Assembly (NCBI GenBank): GCA_031423955.1
Contig: JANPGJ010000547.1
Location: 5,449-69,448, forward strand
DNA length: 64,000 bases
From: Burkholderiales bacterium
Lineage (GTDB): Bacteria > Pseudomonadota > Gammaproteobacteria > Burkholderiales > JAEUOS01
Direction: 5' to 3'
The translations under genes and the position numbers were made by a program. Numbering within the stretch: position 1 is the first letter of the stretch; every line of letters starts with the position of its first letter. Below are positions 49,565 to 56,700 of this stretch, piece by piece. The notes under the pieces were generated by a model. The model was not told the DNA's origin. It did no database searches and saw only the letters and a list, made by a program, of their open reading frames with translations.

Positions 49565-50992
49565 ATGAGCACGATCGACCTGAACGCACGCATTCCCAAC
49601 AACGTCAACCTGGTGGCCGATCGCACGCTGCAGCGCGCGCTGGAACATTGGCAACCCGCTTTTCTCGACTGGTGGAAGGATATGGGGCCGACCGATTTTC
49701 TCTCTTCCGACGTGTACCTGCGCACCGCCACCGGGGTCGACGCCGCCGGCTGGGCCACCTACGGCACCTGCAAGATGCCGGACTACCGCTGGGGCATCTT
49801 CCTGGCCGACCCGGAAGCCAACCGCAGCATCGGCTTTGGCGACCACATCGGTGAACCGGTGTGGCAACAGGTTCCGGGTGAATATCGCTCGACGTTTCGG
49901 CGCCTGATCGTAACGCAAGGCGATACCGAACCAGCGTCGGTCGAGCAGCAGCGCCTGCTCGGCCACTCCTGCCCGTCGTTGTACGACCTGCGTAACCTGT
50001 TTCAGGTCAATGTCGAGGAAGGCCGCCACTTGTGGGCCATGGTCTACCTGTTGCATGCCTACTTCGGCCGCGACGGCCGCGAGGAAGCCGAAGAATTGCT
50101 GATGCGTCATTCCGGCGATGCCGACAAGCCGCGCATCCTCGGCACCTTCAATGAACCGATCGATGACTGGCTGTCGTTTTTCATGTTCACCTACTTCACC
50201 GATCGCGACGGCAAATACCAGCTGAAGAGCCTGGCCGAATCGGCCTTCGATCCGCTGGCGCGCACCACCCGCTTCATGCTGACCGAAGAGGCGCACCACA
50301 TGTTCGTCGGCGAAACCGGCATCGGTCGGGTGGTACGGCGCGCGCTGGAAGTGATGAAGGAACTCGGCAGCGACGACCCGGCCGCGGTGCGCCGCGCCGG
50401 CGCGATCGACCTGCCGACGGTGCAGAAGTACATGAATTTCTGGTTTTCCTCGGCGCTCGACCTGTTCGGCTCGGAGTCCTCGTCGAATGCCGGTTCGTAC
50501 TTCGCCAACGGCATCAAGGGCCGCCCGGACGAGGCGAAATTCGCTGACCATCGCGAGATCGATACGGTCTACACCTTCCAGGCGCCGGATGGCGCGGGCG
50601 GCGTGAAAAGCGAGGAAATCGCCATGCGCAACGCGATGAACGCGGTGACGCGCGGCGAATATGTCAAGGATTGCGAAATCGGATTCAAGCGCTGGAACAA
50701 GCTGATCGAACGCGCCGGTTTCAGCTTCGAGCTCAAGCTGCCTTCCGACCGCTTCCATCGCACCATCGGCGCCTGGGCCGGCATCGCCACCGACCTGGCC
50801 GGCAACCCGATTGCCAAGGAGGCTTACGCGGCGGTGTGCAATTCAGCGCTACCGTCGGAAGACGACCGGCGCTTTGTCAAGAGCCTGCAGCAGCGGGTGG
50901 TTGAGCCGGGCAAGATGGCGGCCTGGATCGCACCGCCGGATCGCGGCATCAATAACCTGCCGGTGGATTACGAATACGTGCGACTGAACTGA
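49565..50992 (+). CDS. boxB: benzoyl-CoA 2,3-epoxidase subunit BoxB (di-iron oxygenase)
   Basis: The ATG at 49565 gives MSTIDLNARIPNNVNL...WQPAFLDWWKDMGP. EEGRHLW and EEAHHMF are the di-iron ligand motifs. Confidence 0.9.
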   Translation: MSTIDLNARIPNNVNLVADRTLQRALEHWQPAFLDWWKDMGPTDFLSSDVYLRTATGVDAAGWATYGTCKMPDYRWGIFLADPEANRSIGFGDHIGEPVWQQVPGEYRSTFRRLIVTQGDTEPASVEQQRLLGHSCPSLYDLRNLFQVNVEEGRHLWAMVYLLHAYFGRDGREEAEELLMRHSGDADKPRILGTFNEPIDDWLSFFMFTYFTDRDGKYQLKSLAESAFDPLARTTRFMLTEEAHHMFVGETGIGRVVRRALEVMKELGSDDPAAVRRAGAIDLPTVQKYMNFWFSSALDLFGSESSSNAGSYFANGIKGRPDEAKFADHREIDTVYTFQAPDGAGGVKSEEIAMRNAMNAVTRGEYVKDCEIGFKRWNKLIERAGFSFELKLPSDRFHRTIGAWAGIATDLAGNPIAKEAYAAVCNSALPSEDDRRFVKSLQQRVVEPGKMAAWIAPPDRGINNLPVDYEYVRLN

Positions 50993-51261
50993 GATATTGC
51001 CAAAATCGCACTGAAACGGTGTGCTTGGCCGGGAATCAGGCCATGACAACGTTGGTCGAGGGCCGCACAAACCAGCGCTGGCGATGGAAGGAGAAGAATT
51101 CGCGGGCGCTCGGCCACCGTAGCCACCAGTTGGCCGACCAGGGCGTGGCTGCGTGCGGTGGGGCTTTGGACTGCGTTCGTCAGTCCGATCGATTGGAGCG
51201 CGTTGCTGTCGCGTGGCGCCACGATGCGGATCGACCAGCCTACCCGGGTTGGCGGCGGCCG

Positions 51262-51801
51262 CTAGGAAGTCGAGTCACCGGCATCAACCGGTGCCTGTGG
51301 CGCCGCCTGGCCGTTTTTGCGCAGCAGCACCCGCGTCGAATACTCCAGTACGGTGACCGCATGCTGGTTGATCACCCTGATGCCCAGGGTGAGCACGCCG
51401 CGCAACCCGTCCGAGGTTTCCTTTGCGGCAATGACGCTGACCTCGGAGCCGAGCGTATCGCCCGGCCGCACCGGCGCGTGAAAGCGAAACCCGTCCATCG
51501 CCAAGCCGGCGATCGTGTTGGCCCCCAGCACGCTCTCAAGCATGCCGGCCGACACGCTGCACACCAGAAATCCGGGCGCGATGCGTCCGCCATGCGGTGA
51601 TTCGCGCCTGGCCCAGTCGTCATCCACGAAGATCGGCAGGCGCAACCCGGCGAACTGGGTGAAACTGACCAAGTCTGCCTCGGTGACGGTACGGCGATAG
51701 GTGGTGAATACCTCGCCGACGACGAAGTCCTCGAAGCCCGGGGCATGGACGGCGGATTTCAATTGACCCCCAAGCCAAGCGATTTCACCAACGTCGACCA
51801 T
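51262..51801 (-). CDS. MaoC family (R)-specific enoyl-CoA hydratase/dehydratase
   Basis: Hot-dog fold pattern: TVTEADLVSFTQFAGL..PIFVDDDWA......GRIAPG.L. Confidence 0.8.
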   Translation of the reverse strand: MVDVGEIAWLGGQLKSAVHAPGFEDFVVGEVFTTYRRTVTEADLVSFTQFAGLRLPIFVDDDWARRESPHGGRIAPGFLVCSVSAGMLESVLGANTIAGLAMDGFRFHAPVRPGDTLGSEVSVIAAKETSDGLRGVLTLGIRVINQHAVTVLEYSTRVLLRKNGQAAPQAPVDAGDSTS

Positions 51802-51881
51802 TTGTCGCTCTCGCGCCGAACTTGCGCGGCAAACGCATCGGGGCCGGCAGGGTCTATTTCGGTGCCGCTTTTTTCAACCCG
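51755..51881. repeat. 127-bp direct repeat, left copy (bug 3' end + maoC 5' end)
   Basis: It aligns base for base with 59438-59564. Identity is highest from GACCATTTGTCG to TTTTTTCAACCCG. Confidence 0.75.
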
Positions 51882-52748
51882 CTCGCGCACCGGCGCATGC
51901 TCGAGGGCACGAACCACCGCATCCGCCAGGCGGGTCAGGATCTCGCGCGGTGTGCCGGCGGGAGCGACGAAGCCGTACCAGACACTGGCTTCGTAACCTG
52001 GTTGCCCAAGCGCTTCAGCCAGGGTTGGAATTTCCGGTGCCTGCGGCAGGCGGCGCGGGCTGCCGATGCCGAGAATGCGCAGCTTGGCCGCGCGCATTTG
52101 CACCAGCGCCGGCGGCAGGGTCGAAAAGTACAAGGCGACCTGGCCGCCGATGGTGTCGGTCATCGCCTGCGCCGTGCTCTTGTAGGGAATGTCCTGCAGC
52201 TTCAAGCCGGCGCTTTGCGCAATCAGTTCCATTTCGAGGTGACTGGGTGTGCCCTTGCCGGACGAGGCGTAATTGAGGCGGCCCGGGTTCGCGCGCGCGA
52301 ACGCGATCATCTCGCCGACGCTGGCAAAGGGTGCGGCCGGGCCGGTGACCAATGCCATCGGCAACACGCCGATTCTGGCGATCGGTGCGAAATCGCGCAC
52401 AGCGTCGTAAGGCGGCGCGGCCTGCAACAACGGCGCGACCACCAAGGGGTTGGCGGCCATCATCAGTGTGTATCCGTCAGCCGCGCTCCTGGCCGTGGCG
52501 GTCGCGCCGAGCAGACCGCCGGCGCCTTCGCGATTCTCGACCACCACGCCGACCCCGAGTTGCTCGCCGATCCGCTCGCCGACCACCCGCGCCAGGATGT
52601 CAGTGCCGGTGCCTGGCCCGAAGGGCACGATGATGCGGATCGGTTTCGACGGGTATGGCTGCGCGACCGCAGGCGCACTACCCACAGCAGCCAGCGCAGC
52701 CAGTGTCGCCAGTGTCGACCAGACGGTCATGCCGATGCGGCATTTCAT
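51759..52748 (-). CDS. Bug family tripartite tricarboxylate transporter substrate-binding protein
   Basis: The signal peptide is followed by PYPSKPIRIIVPFGPGTG. 329 aa. Confidence 0.85.
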   Translation of the reverse strand: MKCRIGMTVWSTLATLAALAAVGSAPAVAQPYPSKPIRIIVPFGPGTGTDILARVVGERIGEQLGVGVVVENREGAGGLLGATATARSAADGYTLMMAANPLVVAPLLQAAPPYDAVRDFAPIARIGVLPMALVTGPAAPFASVGEMIAFARANPGRLNYASSGKGTPSHLEMELIAQSAGLKLQDIPYKSTAQAMTDTIGGQVALYFSTLPPALVQMRAAKLRILGIGSPRRLPQAPEIPTLAEALGQPGYEASVWYGFVAPAGTPREILTRLADAVVRALEHAPVRERVEKSGTEIDPAGPDAFAAQVRRESDKWSTLVKSLGLGVN

Positions 52749-52903
52749 TTCAGGCGCCGTTCGCGCTGCGGGTAGTTGTAGGCACTTTTCCCAGACGTAT
52801 CGACAGCTTAAGCGGCGAAGACAAAGGCGGCACCCCGTGTTCAGTTACAAATTTCCGTAGAGGCACATTTTCTGCGGTGCTCCTGAAGAAATCAATTCGA
52901 TCC

Positions 52904-52931
52904 CGCCCCCTTTTTTTCGCCCCCTTTTTTT
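52904..52931. repeat. tandem 14-mer CGCCCCCTTTTTTT x2
   Basis: Two perfect adjacent copies in the AT-rich spacer at the low-coordinate edge of the Rhs island. Confidence 0.8.
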
Positions 52932-53028
52932 GCTCGTTAGGAGTGCGAAAGTCAATGCGCGCGCCTTTCCCGTCCTTATTGTCGCGCCACTAATGTCGAA
53001 ATATAAGAAGTTGCTACTCGTGCGCGTT

Positions 53029-53709
53029 TCAAGTCGGGAGGCCCAATTTACTCCGCCAAATCAAAATGACTAAATCATAGAGTGTGTGAGCGATGATTAT
53101 TGGCCAAAGATTGCGCAGTAGCACATACATCACCGCCGCAGAGCAGCCGAAAAAAAGCAGTGTAAAGATATCGGCAATATTGGAAATACTATGGATGCCA
53201 AGGAATGCGAAGGACGACACGGACACATAGAGGCCGACATCAATCACCCGACGTTTCTTGAGGAAAACCACTCCGAGAACACCGCGAAAAAATATCTCTT
53301 CAAATACACCAGCGGACAAAGCATGATAAATAACGGCTGCTAGTCCTCCACCCCGAGCGAGTGCATTCGCTTGGCTCCTTGTCATCTGACCCGCTTCAGG
53401 CACGTAATTTTCGACAATGTTGAAAACTATAACTGACGCAAGAAAAACAAGCGTGCAGATAAAGCTGATCGAGACGAATTCCCCCCACGTATATCCACCT
53501 CGAGTAAACCTGAGGCCGTACATCTCCGGACTTACCCCAATCCGGTAGAGCAGCAGAAGGCATAAGATGGGAACAATGACTTTCAGGAAAACATCAACAA
53601 TCCAATAAACGAGATCAATCGTCGGCGGTAGAAATTCTCGAGCAATGACCGGTAGTAGCAATGCTGGCAATGCCGTGCCAAGAACAGTCAATCTTAAGGG
53701 GAGCGACAC
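53029..53709 (-). CDS. CPBP family intramembrane glutamic endopeptidase (Abi/CAAX-protease type); candidate Rhs immunity protein
   Basis: VFEEIFFRG, FLGIH and AHTLYD form an intact CPBP motif triad. ~6-7 TM segments. The gene is AT-rich, and its start overlaps the Rhs 3' end by 16 nt. Confidence 0.8.
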   Translation of the reverse strand: MSLPLRLTVLGTALPALLLPVIAREFLPPTIDLVYWIVDVFLKVIVPILCLLLLYRIGVSPEMYGLRFTRGGYTWGEFVSISFICTLVFLASVIVFNIVENYVPEAGQMTRSQANALARGGGLAAVIYHALSAGVFEEIFFRGVLGVVFLKKRRVIDVGLYVSVSSFAFLGIHSISNIADIFTLLFFGCSAAVMYVLLRNLWPIIIAHTLYDLVILIWRSKLGLPT

Positions 53710-56700
53710 TCGTCAACTCCTCTCCTGAGTGGAAGACTTGCTCGACGCCCCGAACTTGTTGAACCTTTGGCAGGCTGTGGAGGATTCAGACGGTCAAGGA
53801 TCCTTTGGGCCTGACGCAGCGGATCTCCCAACATACTATCGGGGCTGCCCGTTGCACCATCTGGCAGTGGAATTAGCGGCAGTCGAGGCTCTGGAACGTT
53901 CGGTAGAGGAGGATCGTAGTCACGTCCAACCTTGTTTACTGCATCCTGGTCACGCTTCATCTGCCGTTCGTATTTATCCACTTCAGCTTCACAAGCGGGA
54001 TCGCCTTGGTCTTGCGCGCAACGCGGATACGGCACAAAGTGGTACGGCCCGAGGCGCGGGCTATCGAGTCCCCGTGGATCGATTCTCGATAGCGGATTTG
54101 CCATGACATAGGTGTATGTATTGATCCCGCCCGCCAACCCGATGGGATCAGATTGCACATACCGCCCCGTCCTCGGATCGTAATCCCGGAAGTAGTTGTA
54201 ATGAAGTCCAGTCTCCGCATCAAAGTACTGTCCCGGGAACCGCAATGGAAAACTAAAGCGCAGTCCGTTGCCGTCAGGATCATCATTTGGCGGCAGGTCT
54301 CCAAACGGGTCAGAATCCCACCGCCAAATCGTCGTGCCTGCTTGGCTACGCACCGCTCTTGGAGTATTCAAATGGTCCGTATCAATCGTATAAACAGAAC
54401 TTGCATCTGCCGGTAGAAATTTGACGGCGTCCGCAACGACAACCCCATCTGCGCTATCCGTAAGCGTTACTTTATGGCCCGCCCCGCTGATGAGCGTAAA
54501 ACTTCCGAGAAACACCCACTGGCCGCTTCGCTGTTTTTGGTTTACAACGACGCTTGTGACGCCACCCAAATGAGAAACTTGGTACGTGGCGTTCGTCGCA
54601 CGGTCGGTGTTCGAAACCCAACGAGCGTAGACGTTGTAGCCCCCACTGGGAAGGCTGGATGGGGCCCAAGTTGCCGAATTCGCGCCTGTACCGGCGGCCC
54701 GGTACAAATATCCTCCACCAAGCGCGTCACTCCCTGTTGTGGACGACCATGTTCCTGCCACGCTAAAGCCAGTACCGCCGTTGTCGATGACCGAGGGATT
54801 GTCTGCAAGCACGGCAATCGGAATGTCACCCAGATAAACATACTCACGAATGGCTGAACTACCCTGATAGTCGCCAATCAAGCGTCCTTGTTCATCATAG
54901 GCGTAGTCCGTGTTGGCATAGTTATTGGAGTACCCGCCGATCTTGTTTACACGCTGGCCCAAGCCATTAAATTGGATCTCCTTGATATAGTTGCTTGGAT
55001 ACGATGTGAACATCGTGTCGACAAACGTTGAAATCCGGCCGCTATCGTCATACGTAAACGTACGCCCTCCCAGATTGACAGCATTTCCTGCAGCGTCATA
55101 AGCAAACGTGCTCGCCGGTACCGGACCGGCGCTGCTCAACAATCGATTGCTGTTGGCAGCAGTGGTGTAGTTGTAGCTATTTACCCCGATCGATAGGTTA
55201 GTCCGATTGCCATTCGCGTCGTAGGTATAAGCACGCGACGTGTTGCTTGCAACGAAGCCTGTGACTCGATCAAGGTCGTCGTAAGAAAATATCTGAATCG
55301 AATTGACCGGGCCATCATTAATCTGTGTAATGCGATCCGCATTGTCATAAGTGACAGTGCGTGTGGCGCCACCAACCGGATGAGTGCGCATTCTGCCGTC
55401 AGCATCAAAGGTTCGCGATGCAACAGTTGAATTTCCCCAGACCCAAGCCTTTGGCTGGCCAAACGGGTGCCATGTAATGCCACTCACAATCGAGGTGTTG
55501 TCAATACTCAATGCGGATACGCGGCCCGCGAGATCATAGGTATATCTTGCTGTTCGGCCAGACGGGTAGACCATTGATACAAGTCGGCCAGCCGCGTCGT
55601 AGCCGTAAGTCGTGACAAGCAACCCACCACCGTAGGCCTTCGTTTGCCTCCTGCTGGTGACACGCCCCTGAAGGTCGTATGTCCATGCAGTCGTCCCGCT
55701 GGAATCGACCAGGGTCGTCAGGCGACCTTTGCCGTTTGCCCCTTCGTCATACCGAAACGTGTCGATCTTCGTACCGCTGGCCCCGCCGTAACGCTTGGTC
55801 AAAACGCGATTCAACGCGTCATACGTATAGATCGTTGTCTTTCCGCGAGCGTCGGTGCTGGTTGCCACGTTTCCAGCGGCATCGAATGTGCGCGCAGTTG
55901 TCCCGGTATCCGGACTGACTTGTAGGGTGGCGTCACCCAGGCCGGTCATGGTGTAGTTGGTGACAAGATTGCGCGGATCGGTGACGCGGGTTAGCTGATC
56001 CTGCCCGTCATAGCCATAGCTGATCACCGGATTCGGCTGATTGGCGCCGGGACTGGGCTGCGTGACCGCGACGAGTCTGTTTAGAGCGTCGTAGGCGTTG
56101 GTGGTCATGCGGTTGAGCGGATCGTTGACCATGATCAGGTTGCCCTGGGGGTCATACGTGTAGCTGGTCGTCTGATTCTGCGCACCGATGCTCTGGACCA
56201 TGCGATTGAGCGCGTCGTACACGCGGCTACGGGTTTGCGCCAGCGCGTTGGCTGGGTCGAATACCTCTTCCTTGGTACGGTTGCCGCGCAAATCGAGCGT
56301 GTAAACGATGCGATTGCCGAGGTTGTCGCCAATGCTCGTCATCCGGTGTGCCGCGTCATAGCCGTAAGTGACAAAGGAATTGTCGGGTAGCGTGGCCTTG
56401 ATGAGTTGGCCGACAGGGTCGTAGTCGTAAACCGTGACTTCGCCGCCGACATTGCGACTCTTCAGGCGTTGGCGGCTGTCATAGGTCAACTGCGTGGTGA
56501 GCCCGTTCGGATCGACGACGGTGAGTGGCTGACCGTGCGGGTTGCACGACGTGATCTGAGTGACGTGACCAAGCGCGTTGGTGACCGACGCAACATTCCC
56601 GCGCCGGCCGATTTCGCTGTCGGTGCTTGGGTAATAGGCATAGGTCGTGATGTCGGCCACGTCTGTGCGCGGTCCATTTGCGCTCAGAACCTGGCCAACG

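Noticed and set aside
48250-50758. 502-aa and 421-aa minus-strand ORFs.
   Set aside because: They are antisense to boxC and boxB, whose identities are unambiguous. The composition is Arg/Gly/Ala-rich junk.
50993-51261. A possible boxA relic after boxB.
   Set aside because: None of the six frames shows the ferredoxin Cys clusters or FAD/NAD motifs of BoxA. The ORFs there are short with junk composition.
52885-52912. AATCAATTCGATCCCGCCCCC as a tRNA 3'-end (att) remnant marking the far end of the tRNA-Leu-associated island.
   Set aside because: Its orientation is opposite to tRNA-Leu. No T-stem pairing is possible, and it does not match the tRNA-Leu 3' sequence (GGTTCGATTCCGGCCCCGGGCACCA).
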